Shown: positions 10,460-18,528, numbered from the stretch's first letter. The stretch is 32,000 nt of DNA from Candidatus Nitrosopelagicus brevis (GCF_000812185.1 NZ_CP007026.1:234426-266425); one strand, 5' to 3'. Translations and numbers: made by a program. The notes: generated by a model from the letters alone, not told the origin.

Positions 10460-10603
10460 TTAAGTCAAGTCTCCATCTTTGAGTTTTTTAAGCTCTAAAA
10501 TTCTTAAACACTCCTCAAGCTCTTCTGGAAGATGATCATTAATTGGCCGTTCACAATTCTTGCAAATTGTTCCTTCCATATCTGAATCTGGTTTTGCCAT
10601 CAT
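10460..10603 (-). CDS. Small Cys/His protein, 47 aa, below the ORF-track cutoff
   Basis: Hand translation gives MMAKPDSDMEGTICKNCERPINDHLPEELEECLRILELKKLKDGDLT. It contains CxxC plus a downstream His and Cys. It starts 3 nt after the stop of the upstream 60-aa gene on the same strand. Confidence 0.35.
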   Translation of the reverse strand: MMAKPDSDMEGTICKNCERPINDHLPEELEECLRILELKKLKDGDLT

Positions 10604-10606
10604 GGT

Positions 10607-10789
10607 TTATCGCCAGTCCTTCTTAACAGATTCACATTTAGGACATTTAAGTCCGTTAGTCTCTTCACCGCATTTTTTACATTTTGATGAGTATCCTATT
10701 ACATCATTTTTGCCAGTTTTTGTATATTTGAAAATTAAAATGAAAGTGACTAAAATGCCAATTGCTGCGGCAGCAACCCATAGTAACAT
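10607..10789 (-). CDS. Small membrane protein with a C-terminal zinc ribbon
   Basis: 60 aa. N-terminal TM helix (LLWVAAAAIGILVTFILIF) followed by CKKCG-x8-CPKC (a Cys4 ribbon). Confidence 0.55.
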   Translation of the reverse strand: MLLWVAAAAIGILVTFILIFKYTKTGKNDVIGYSSKCKKCGEETNGLKCPKCESVKKDWR

Positions 10790-10853
10790 ACTATACGTAA
10801 GATCTAATTCAATTAAAAACTAACTGAAAAATTCGTGAATATGTTTTATTTTT

Positions 10854-10976
10854 TTAGAATTTCCTTGAGTCGCCTTCTAATAATCCGGGACCTATGTGTA
10901 GTTTGTCTATATGACTAGAAAGTTCATCTTTGTCCTTGAATTTTGATTCACAGTAGGGACACGCATATTCTTCCAT
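10854..10976 (-). CDS. Single C2H2 zinc-finger mini-protein, 40 aa, below the ORF-track cutoff
   Basis: Hand translation gives MEEYACPYCESKFKDKDELSSHIDKLHIGPGLLEGDSRKF. This is a textbook C-x2-C-x12-H-x4-H finger. ATG at 10976, stop at 10854-10856, on the same strand as the PAC2-like gene and 44 nt downstream of it. Confidence 0.55.
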   Translation of the reverse strand: MEEYACPYCESKFKDKDELSSHIDKLHIGPGLLEGDSRKF

Positions 10977-11020
10977 ACCTTACGTTACTCTTCATAGGAT
11001 AAAAGGGACACCATTATTTT

Positions 11021-11722
11021 TCATCCTTTTGGAATATCGTCTTCAGAGCTAAATCTTGATTCAACAGCCTCCGCTTTCACGGATAATTCTTTGGTATCGC
11101 CAAGTTTTTGGTATGTCAATTTTTCCAATGTTTCTATTATTGTTCTTGCTGCTCTATATTGTGGAATTCTAGGTTCTAGTAATTCTCCATAAAGTCCAAT
11201 TCCATTTATTCCATTTAATTTTGCATATCCTAGTATTAATCCATTAAATCCTGTGATCACTGATTCAGTTGGTGTAGTTTCTATTCCCAATTTTCTAACT
11301 AATTTCAATATATCTTGTGATGTAGTTGTAACATATGTTGTAGGACTTTTTCCAAAGGATCTTGATGTATGATATCCTCCTACAGTGTAAATGAATTTTG
11401 CGTCATATCTTTTTGCAACATTTATCACATCTTGACATAACTCATTCAATTCCTCATTTTCTTGAGGCTGACCTCTACCTCCACCAAATACAATGATGTC
11501 TTTACCAAATCTATATTCCCATTTTTCTTCAGGAATTTCGATGTATCCGCCTTTATCATATACGTATGGTGGTCTAGATGACGTTGCATGTCTAAATGAT
11601 GCAGTACCCAAACTTTTGTTGATGTGATTTACAACAATACTTCCAACATTTCCCATATCCTGCATTGCTGCTATGATTAATGGTTTGTTTACATCAGGTT
11701 TTCGAATATCTTCAAAATGCAT
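11021..11722 (-). CDS. PAC2-family protein (proteasome assembly chaperone-like)
   Basis: 233 aa. N-terminal KPLIIAAMQDMGNVGSIVVNHI and central DIIVFGGGRGQP....ELCQDVINVAKRYDAKFIYTVGG match the PAC2/DUF75 layout as I remember it. Confidence 0.5.
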   Translation of the reverse strand: MHFEDIRKPDVNKPLIIAAMQDMGNVGSIVVNHINKSLGTASFRHATSSRPPYVYDKGGYIEIPEEKWEYRFGKDIIVFGGGRGQPQENEELNELCQDVINVAKRYDAKFIYTVGGYHTSRSFGKSPTTYVTTTSQDILKLVRKLGIETTPTESVITGFNGLILGYAKLNGINGIGLYGELLEPRIPQYRAARTIIETLEKLTYQKLGDTKELSVKAEAVESRFSSEDDIPKG

Positions 11723-11866
11723 ACCACTTTGTGAAATTTGTTGTTTAAAACATGTTTGGTACTAGAAATCAAATTGTTAGCACTATTTTGAAATTATAGC
11801 ACTAGTTAAATATCATTAACACGAACTAAGTGTATAGTTACAATCGTCCGAAGGTTCATCACCTGC

Positions 11867-11954
11867 GAACTGTCACCGGAGTACTAACGTTTCCGGCCTT
11901 AAGTTCGCTAAATAGAACTGTCACCGGAGTACTAACGTTTCCGGTCTTAAGTTC
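11867..11954. repeat. Tandem pair of 40-nt imperfect-palindrome units separated by 8 nt
   Basis: Unit 1 is 11867-11906 and unit 2 is 11915-11954. The sequence is gaactgtcaccggagtactaacgtttccgg(c/t)cttaagttc, with one mismatch between units. Each unit can fold as GAACT/AGTTC plus CCGGA/TCCGG stems. Confidence 0.8.
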
Positions 11955-11957
11955 ATT

Positions 11958-12125
11958 TCATACACCTAAAATTCTTTTTCTATATCTGACTAATAGACAA
12001 CTTCTACAAAGACAGTCCTTATCATCTATCTCGTTTTTTGACAATTTTGGAAAATCTCCACACCAACATGATATATCATTTTCACATGAAAAATTGTCTC
12101 CACACTCGGCACATTTTTTGTTCAT
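11958..12125 (-). CDS. Cysteine-rich CWC-type mini-protein, 55 aa, missing from the ORF track
   Basis: Hand translation gives MNKKCAECGDNFSCENDISCWCGDFPKLSKNEIDDKDCLCRSCLLVRYRKRILGV. The C-x2-C...C...CWC...CLC-x2-C pattern matches the Cys_rich_CWC family. Its ATG overlaps the vWA gene stop (TAATG). Confidence 0.65.
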   Translation of the reverse strand: MNKKCAECGDNFSCENDISCWCGDFPKLSKNEIDDKDCLCRSCLLVRYRKRILGV

Positions 12126-13693
12126 TAGTTTTCTGATAGTATGCTTAACACTCTATTAGGTATGTCTGGCAATCTACTTACTGCCAAAACTTTGTCATAA
12201 CCGAGATATTTCAAATTATTTGCAATTGCTGTGGCACTAAATGTATCTCTTCCAACTCCAATCGCTGTCATCTTAATTCCTAGTGATCTATATGATTTTA
12301 GAATTAATTTGACTGCATTTGCATCTGCTGGCTCTCCATCAGACAATGTCAGGAAAATATCAGGTTTTTTTGATGTCAAAACTGGAAGCATTCTGTCATA
12401 TACTTCTGCTAATGGTGTTCCTCCATTTGCTGAAATTTGTGCTAATCTCTTAGCAGCTGAATTATTCCATTTCATTTCTGCTGGTTTTACTAACCAGCAA
12501 ACTACCTGTCTATCTACTGTATTGAATGCATACACTGAAAAATCAATTTTCAAGAATGCAAGTACTTCACAAAGTCCAATTGTTGCTTTTTTGTATTCTA
12601 TTTGCTGATCTGATACACTGGATGAATGATCAAGTAAGATAACAATACGTGATTTTATTGATTTTTTAATATCTGTAACAAATGGCTTATGAAATCCCTC
12701 GAGATATGATTCTTCATCAAAATCTTCACCTGAAATAACATGTTCCTCTTTCCATCCTGTCTTCCATTCACGAAATCTATTTTTTAAACTACTAATCAAA
12801 TCTTGATCATAAATCTTTGTTTCATCTACATTTGTTGGGTTTGGAATTTGAATTCCAATGGTTTCTGGTATTAATCCCTTATTTTCATTCTTTTTAGTTT
12901 CATCTTTAATCAAGTCAAATTCTTTAGCAATTTCTAATCCTGCCATAGCCTTGTTAGGATCTATTTTTCCTAATTCTGATTCAAGATTCTTAGTAATTTT
13001 CTGTACTGCTTTTTCAAAATCTTGTGGTGTAACAACCATTCCTGGACCTTTTAGAGGAACTGATAATGGAATTGTCATCATTGCATCAATATCTAAAATT
13101 TTTACAATGTTTGGAATGTGTTCATCCAGCCATTCTGTACCATGATTATTTTTTAGTGCCTCATCTAATTTCTCTTTAGCAAAATTGGTTGCTTTTACAA
13201 CACGTTCAAAATGACTTGGTTGCATCTCTCCTTTTACATCGCCAAATAAAAAATACTGATAAAATGCTTCTACAATTTTTGATTTTCCTAAAAGATCACC
13301 TAGATTTGGTCTGTAAATCCATTGCCATGAATAATTAAAAATTAACTCTTCATCCATTCCTTGCCAAATTTTTCTTCCAACTAATTCAACCCTTCGTCTT
13401 TCAATTGAATTTAACAAAAATCCTGATGCATGATCATTTGATTTTACATATTCACAATTTTTTATTTTCATACTTTCATACCATGCGGCAGTTCTGAATT
13501 GTCTATATCTTGAAAATTCATCTCCAATGTAATCCATAACTGGAGTGAGAATTACTTTATTTTCATTCATTCTTGTTTCATTAACTTTTTTTGGTGACAT
13601 TGTCACAATTATCTTGTCATTCTCAGACCATCGTCTGATTAAAAATGTAGAAATTTCAATTAGTGTATCATTTCTTAAAGCAACTGATGACAT
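12125..13693 (-). CDS. von Willebrand factor A domain protein (NorD/CbbO/CoxE-like partner of the AAA+ ATPase)
   Basis: 522 aa. The C-terminal vWA domain has MIDAS residues: ILLDHSSSVSD (DxSxS), ANGGTPLAE and TLSDGEPAD. The start overlaps the AAA+ gene stop (TAATG). Confidence 0.85.
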   Translation of the reverse strand: MSSVALRNDTLIEISTFLIRRWSENDKIIVTMSPKKVNETRMNENKVILTPVMDYIGDEFSRYRQFRTAAWYESMKIKNCEYVKSNDHASGFLLNSIERRRVELVGRKIWQGMDEELIFNYSWQWIYRPNLGDLLGKSKIVEAFYQYFLFGDVKGEMQPSHFERVVKATNFAKEKLDEALKNNHGTEWLDEHIPNIVKILDIDAMMTIPLSVPLKGPGMVVTPQDFEKAVQKITKNLESELGKIDPNKAMAGLEIAKEFDLIKDETKKNENKGLIPETIGIQIPNPTNVDETKIYDQDLISSLKNRFREWKTGWKEEHVISGEDFDEESYLEGFHKPFVTDIKKSIKSRIVILLDHSSSVSDQQIEYKKATIGLCEVLAFLKIDFSVYAFNTVDRQVVCWLVKPAEMKWNNSAAKRLAQISANGGTPLAEVYDRMLPVLTSKKPDIFLTLSDGEPADANAVKLILKSYRSLGIKMTAIGVGRDTFSATAIANNLKYLGYDKVLAVSRLPDIPNRVLSILSEN

Positions 13694-14496
13694 TATCCTT
13701 CATACATGGATGCAATAATGTCATTAACTTTTTGTAATTCTATATTTCCCCATTGTGCATATACATTTCCAAAAACTATTTCAGCTGCTTTTTTTGGAGA
13801 CATATCTTTATCAATTAATTTTGCATATGCTATAGTTTCTCTTAATGATGGCGAATAGTATAATTCTTCAACTGATGCAGCTTGTCTCAATGTATTTGCA
13901 AGTTTAATTCCTCTTTGTAATGTCTCATTACTTGCTTCTGGAACGTGTTCCTTGACAATCTCTAGTTCTTTTTCCTCAGGTGGATAGTCCATTCTTAGTC
14001 TAATAGGAAATCTACTCAAAAGTTGTGGAGGTAGTTCTTTTGTTCCGACATGATTTAATGGATTAATTGTTGCTATTACAAACCATGATTTGTTAGCTGT
14101 CACAATTTCTCCCCCAGATTCTTTCAAAACTACTTGCCGTCTATCATCTAAAGCTTCATCTAATCTTAACAAAACATCGGCTTCTGCGGCATTAATTTCA
14201 TCTAGGTACAACATGTTACCCTCTTTCATTGATTTTATCAAAATTCCTTCATCAAATTGGATATTTCCTTCGGAAAGGCTCTTTGAACCTACAAGATGAC
14301 TCTCTCTAGTTCTCAAACTAAAGTTAATTGATTCCAGTTTCATTGATTGTTTTTTTGCAAATTCTCTAACCAGTGTAGTTTTTCCTGTACCTTTTGGACC
14401 TATCACTAAAACAAAAATTCCTTGTTCGTGCGCTTTCTCCAATATCTCAAACGCATTACTCCAGTCTAGATATTCTGGAATACTATCTTCCATCAA
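13693..14496 (-). CDS. AAA+ ATPase, MoxR / CbbQ-NirQ-NorQ (AAA_5) type
   Basis: 267 aa. Walker A GPKGTGKTT, Walker B MLYLDEINAA, sensor-1 VIATINP and LLSRF. The size and layout are typical of CbbQ/NorQ-like single-ring ATPases. Confidence 0.85.
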   Translation of the reverse strand: MMEDSIPEYLDWSNAFEILEKAHEQGIFVLVIGPKGTGKTTLVREFAKKQSMKLESINFSLRTRESHLVGSKSLSEGNIQFDEGILIKSMKEGNMLYLDEINAAEADVLLRLDEALDDRRQVVLKESGGEIVTANKSWFVIATINPLNHVGTKELPPQLLSRFPIRLRMDYPPEEKELEIVKEHVPEASNETLQRGIKLANTLRQAASVEELYYSPSLRETIAYAKLIDKDMSPKKAAEIVFGNVYAQWGNIELQKVNDIIASMYEG

Positions 14497-14536
14497 AGTA
14501 TAATTGTTTGATTTTCTACTTTATTTAAGACTAGAT

Positions 14537-16000
14537 CTATGGTGCGTATGATGCTATCTTAACAAAGGATTCATCTAATGTTTTGTGTAATTTTTTGTTC
14601 CAATCGTCAAATCCAGATGGATCTTTTGGATAATTATTGTAATGTTCAACAAGCCATTGATTTTGACCTGATGTATATTTGAGACCGCTTGCAACTGTTT
14701 TGTTCATTGCACCTCTAATTATCATTCCTAGTTTACCAAGACCTGAAAAGTCAGGATGCTCTCCTTTACTTATTGCTTCAACGTCTAAGTTACCCAGAAA
14801 ATGTTTCATACCATAACTAATTTGTTCATTTGTCATTGTTTGAACTAATCTTCTGAATAATTCTAAGCCGGCTGTTTTGTAACCATATTCTTTAATGAAA
14901 TCTATGTTATACTGCCATAAACTTGCTTCTGAAACATCATTAGCTTCAATTGATTGTGCTACATTGTTTCCAATTATTGTACCTGCAATAAGAGCTGGTC
15001 CAATTCCACCTGCATCAATTGGTTTAGGCATCCATGCCGAATCTCCGACTAACATGTAACCTCCTGAAACCATACAATCATTTTGTCTTCGTACTGAAAC
15101 TGAAGAAATTCCTGAATTGTTATGTTGATCCATTTCATCTTCTGAAAGTTTTGGATTTCTAAGAACTGGGTTTCTTTCTAGGTACTCTTTCATCAATGAA
15201 CCGACATTATCTTTTTTTCCTAATCTCTCGTTTCGTTTATCTAAGTGTGTTTTTTCAACACCTAATCCGATGTTAACTTTATTGTCAGCTTTTGGAAAAA
15301 CCCATCCATATCCTCCCGGTGCAATGTCTTGATCTAAATGAATTATACAATAATCTGGGTCAAATTCTGATAAATCTTCTTTTCCTGGTTCGAAATACAT
15401 TATGTGTCTTCCAGTTGTTTCTACATCTGTTCTGTCTATCTCTTTCTCGACCTTTGTAGAATTTTGTAATCCATTTCTTAGCTTTGATGTAATTCCCATT
15501 GCGTCAACTACTAGTTTTGCAGTTTTTTTGTATGGCTGTTTTGTTTTATTATCGGTTCCCTGTACACCAACGACTTGTTGTCCATCATAAATTAATCCTG
15601 AAAGAGCAACTTCAAAGTTAAATTCAACTCCCATCTTCTTTGTTCTTTCATTTTGAATTTCTGGAAGTTTTTGTCTATTTAGCATATATCCTGCTCCATC
15701 AAATGGGATGGCTGTTTCTTTATCTGGTGAAAATGCCATAACTCCTTTTACATCATGTTCAATCTCTGGTCGTGTCCAAGGAATCTTGATTCTCTCAGTC
15801 ATGAAATCTACTGCTTCTTTTGAACATGCATCTCCACATGTCCAACCTGCTCCACCTTTTCTACCTGGTAAGGTTTCTGGATTTCTGTCTACTGAAAGAA
15901 TTCTCAAATTTTGTTTTGAATAATATGAAATTGCTTGTGCTGCAATTGTACCTGTTAATCCTCCACCTGCAACAATTACGTCATAATCTGTTTCCAACAA
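14537..16000 (-). CDS. FAD-dependent oxidoreductase, geranylgeranyl reductase family (long form)
   Basis: 487 aa. N-terminal dinucleotide fold YDVIVAGGGLTGTIAA, plus GYGWVFPK and LVGDSAWMPKPIDAGGIGPAL motifs as in GGR-type flavoproteins. The apparent start is TTG at 16000; no in-frame ATG or GTG lies upstream before the stop at 16067-16069. Confidence 0.75.
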   Translation of the reverse strand: MLETDYDVIVAGGGLTGTIAAQAISYYSKQNLRILSVDRNPETLPGRKGGAGWTCGDACSKEAVDFMTERIKIPWTRPEIEHDVKGVMAFSPDKETAIPFDGAGYMLNRQKLPEIQNERTKKMGVEFNFEVALSGLIYDGQQVVGVQGTDNKTKQPYKKTAKLVVDAMGITSKLRNGLQNSTKVEKEIDRTDVETTGRHIMYFEPGKEDLSEFDPDYCIIHLDQDIAPGGYGWVFPKADNKVNIGLGVEKTHLDKRNERLGKKDNVGSLMKEYLERNPVLRNPKLSEDEMDQHNNSGISSVSVRRQNDCMVSGGYMLVGDSAWMPKPIDAGGIGPALIAGTIIGNNVAQSIEANDVSEASLWQYNIDFIKEYGYKTAGLELFRRLVQTMTNEQISYGMKHFLGNLDVEAISKGEHPDFSGLGKLGMIIRGAMNKTVASGLKYTSGQNQWLVEHYNNYPKDPSGFDDWNKKLHKTLDESFVKIASYAP

Positions 16001-16046
16001 AACATTGTCTATATCATGAATATTTAAAACATCATAATAGCAAAAT

Positions 16047-16100
16047 TGGGTCGGTTCGTCGCGGCGTCATCAGCGCTTGGCGCTCAGACTGGAGCGGCTT
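16047..16100 (-). ncRNA. Candidate small structured RNA element (GC-rich island with a K-turn-like hairpin). Function and strand are uncertain.
   Basis: About 55 nt of GC-rich sequence sit in an AT-rich spacer. The minus strand reads ...AGU CUGA GCGC CAA GCGC UGAUGA CGCCGCGACGAA CCGA CCC.... That is a D'-like CUGA and a C'-like UGAUGA flanking a GCGC/GCGC stem. The plus strand ends in a TTTTATTT tract. Confidence 0.25.
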
Positions 16101-16156
16101 TTATTTCCTCATTCCCTCCTTGAATTACTCATAAATATTATTAAATGATCTATGGA

Positions 16157-16573
16157 TCATTTTCTCATCAATTCCTGATAAATTTTCTTTGTCTCATTTT
16201 TGACATAAACTGGCGTACTAATGTTAATCTTGATTGTATCTTCTCTTGATAATGCTAAAATTCCTGACATTAGCTTTTGTTTACTGATTCGTAAGTTTAG
16301 ACCTGAAGATGTTACATAATCTTCAACATAATTAAAAACATCATCAAACTCCTCTTTTTTCATTTTTGAAAAAAATAAACTTATAAAATTTTGAGCTGTT
16401 TTTCTTTTCAATTTTGATGAAATTAATAGTATGGGGTTGTTAAAATGACCTGAAACTTCTTCAACTTGAAACTCACTCTGTTCAATCTGAAAATTGTTCT
16501 CTAATTCTTCAAAAACTTTCTTTTCATTCTCTGTAGCATGCAGAATTAAATTAATTTTAACTTCTAATTGCAT
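16157..16573 (-). CDS. DUF54 / PF01877-like putative RNA-binding protein
   Basis: 138 aa. The N-terminus VKINLILHATENEKKVFEELENNF resembles the (v.v.a.vHpTEDeeKV) signature of the archaeal DUF54 family. It lies downstream of rps3ae. Confidence 0.5.
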   Translation of the reverse strand: MQLEVKINLILHATENEKKVFEELENNFQIEQSEFQVEEVSGHFNNPILLISSKLKRKTAQNFISLFFSKMKKEEFDDVFNYVEDYVTSSGLNLRISKQKLMSGILALSREDTIKINISTPVYVKNETKKIYQELMRK

Positions 16574-16588
16574 TTTGAGAACATTAGT

Positions 16589-17224
16589 TTAGTCTGTTTT
16601 TGGTTTTTTAGTTTTTGCTTCAAGCAAGACTGTTTGTGCTGATGCTGTCTTGATTAATTTCACCTTTTCTAAACCAACATGTCTTAATTTTATGACTTTT
16701 TTTGCAGCGGCCATGATATCTGAGTTAATTTTACCATAGCATGTTGCTTGTACAAATCCATCAATATCCATAGTTGGCACTGTTTTTTCAATTACATCTT
16801 TTGCTATTAGGCGTAATTGACGTTGTCTGGATGTGTTTAATTGTCTGTGTGTTAGAGCAATCATCTTGATTCTAAAAATGTAGTTATCTTTTGTTTGTAT
16901 ATCGATATTGAAATTAACTTTAGAAGAACCTCTTCTAATCAAACTTCTTAGAAATTCTTTTGAATATTCATATCTCTTGAAAACTGTTTTTGCTTTTGTA
17001 TCATTAACTTCGTCAATCTGGAAAATTATTTTGTATTGATGTTGTGATGGATCGCCTTTGAGTATGTCCCATAATGTAACCTCTAATATTCTACCTTTGG
17101 CATTTTCATCATCTGTAATTGGTACATATCCAATATTGACATTATTGAAAGAGTCTGGAGCTACAACATTAACCCATTTCTTTTCTTTCCACTTGTCCTT
17201 AATCTTACGTGCTTTTCTTGCCAA
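16589..17224 (-). CDS. rps3ae: 30S ribosomal protein S3Ae (eS1)
   Basis: 211 aa. KIKDKWKEKKWVNVVAP, GRILEVTLWDL-type segment and YKIIFQI are typical of the S3Ae family. Confidence 0.9.
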   Translation of the reverse strand: MARKARKIKDKWKEKKWVNVVAPDSFNNVNIGYVPITDDENAKGRILEVTLWDILKGDPSQHQYKIIFQIDEVNDTKAKTVFKRYEYSKEFLRSLIRRGSSKVNFNIDIQTKDNYIFRIKMIALTHRQLNTSRQRQLRLIAKDVIEKTVPTMDIDGFVQATCYGKINSDIMAAAKKVIKLRHVGLEKVKLIKTASAQTVLLEAKTKKPKTD

Positions 17225-17265
17225 TTATCTTCGACGACTATTTTCTGAATATAAACTGTTCTAGA

Positions 17266-18528
17266 TTATATCATATTGTCCCCAAAATATTTTTGTAAAA
17301 CTTTTGGAATTTCTACATGTCCATCTTTAGTTTGATTATTCTCTAAAATTGCAACCATAGTTCTTTCTATTGCTACTAGTGTACTGTTCAAAGTGTGTAT
17401 GTACTTTGTATCTTCATTACTCTTTTCTCTAAATCTGATCTTCAACCTTCTTGATTGATAATCAATGCAATTGGAACATGATACGATCTCTCTATACGCA
17501 TTTTGACCTGCCATCCATGCTTCAATATCATATGTTTTAGCTGATACTTTGCCCATATCGCCACTTGATAACAACATCAATCTATATGGGATTTCTAATT
17601 GCTGATAAAATTCTTCTGTGTTTTTAATCATTTTTTCATGTTCTTCCCATGATTCTTCTGGTCTACAAAAAATAAATTGTTCAATTTTTTCAAATTGATG
17701 AACTCTAAAAATTCCTTTTTGATCTTTTCCATGTGCTCCTGCCTCTCTTCTAAAACATGGACTAATTGATGCATATCTTAACGGAATCTTTGAACCTTCT
17801 AAAATTTCATCATAATACATTGATGCAATTGCATGTTCTGATGTCCCAATTAAAAACAAATCTTCATCTTGTACTTTGTAGATCACATCCTCAAAATCGT
17901 CTGCAATCACAGCACCCTCCATAGATTGCCTGTTTATCATGTATGGGGGTTGAATCAAGTTGTAATTTTTACTCGAAACGAAATCTAGTGCAAATGCAGT
18001 TAAAGATTGTCCCAGTTTTACGAGTCCATCTTTTAGATAATAAAATCGTGCTCCAGCAGTTTTTGATGCTCTTTCAATATCTACAATATCTAACTCCAGT
18101 CCCAAATCGATATGATCTTTTACTTCAAAATCAAACTTCGGAATTTCTCCCCATGTTCTAACTTGTTTGTTAAATGATTCATCTGCTCCCTTTGGAACTG
18201 AATCATGTACTAAATTTGGTATTGAAAAAGACAAATTATGATAATTTTCATCAACTGTCTTTCGTAAATTCTCTAATTCATCTAACTTCTTTGATATATC
18301 TCCCATCTCTCTTAATAATTCTGAAGCATCATTTCCTGCTTTTTTCTCACTTCCAATCTTCACTGACATTTGATTTCTTTTTTGTTTTAATTCATCAGAT
18401 TGCATCATCATCTCTTTTCGTGTGTTATTCAATTCTAACATTTTTTCAAAATCAAATTCTACTGCCCTATCTTTTAACATCTGTTTTATCAATTCAGGTT
18501 TATCTCTGATTATTTTTGGATCTAACAT
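17266..18528 (-). CDS. serS: Seryl-tRNA synthetase
   Basis: 420 aa. MLDPKIIRD start with an N-terminal coiled-coil arm. Class II motifs FRREAG, GIFRVHQFEKIEQF and NSTLVAIERTMVAILEN are present. Confidence 0.95.
   Translation of the reverse strand: MLDPKIIRDKPELIKQMLKDRAVEFDFEKMLELNNTRKEMMMQSDELKQKRNQMSVKIGSEKKAGNDASELLREMGDISKKLDELENLRKTVDENYHNLSFSIPNLVHDSVPKGADESFNKQVRTWGEIPKFDFEVKDHIDLGLELDIVDIERASKTAGARFYYLKDGLVKLGQSLTAFALDFVSSKNYNLIQPPYMINRQSMEGAVIADDFEDVIYKVQDEDLFLIGTSEHAIASMYYDEILEGSKIPLRYASISPCFRREAGAHGKDQKGIFRVHQFEKIEQFIFCRPEESWEEHEKMIKNTEEFYQQLEIPYRLMLLSSGDMGKVSAKTYDIEAWMAGQNAYREIVSCSNCIDYQSRRLKIRFREKSNEDTKYIHTLNSTLVAIERTMVAILENNQTKDGHVEIPKVLQKYFGDNMI

Noticed and set aside
10314-10463. 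49-aa plus-strand ORF with a TTG start ((M)KKSELRKLISDYSLLKIKSKKHNVTNKLKQIEHRYFHETGRNIIDDMS)
   Set aside because: The frame is open and a TATA-like box lies about 25 nt upstream. However, there is no ATG, the composition is Lys-rich as expected from AT-rich DNA, and there is no motif. The support is not enough to call it.
11867-11954. Possible mini-CRISPR array
   Set aside because: There are only two repeat copies with an 8-nt spacer and no cas genes in the window. The geometry does not fit CRISPR.
11830-12159. 109-aa plus-strand ORF from the track
   Set aside because: Its sequence is produced by translating the tandem 40-nt repeat (the TVTGVLTFP(A/V)LSS segment is duplicated). It overlaps the much more convincing minus-strand Cys-rich CWC ORF and has a low-complexity, implausible composition.
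16047-16100. Canonical C/D box sRNA call for the GC-rich element
   Set aside because: Only the internal D'/C'-like pair and a near-D box (CCGA) are present. The best upstream C-box candidate (AUGAGGA) has a mismatch and an 18-nt spacer rather than 12 nt. It is kept only as a low-confidence structured-RNA candidate.
15820-16134. 104-aa plus-strand ORF spanning the GGR gene start and the GC-rich island
   Set aside because: It is antisense to the GGR N-terminus, has a Leu/His-rich nonsense composition, and depends on the GC-rich spacer staying open by chance.
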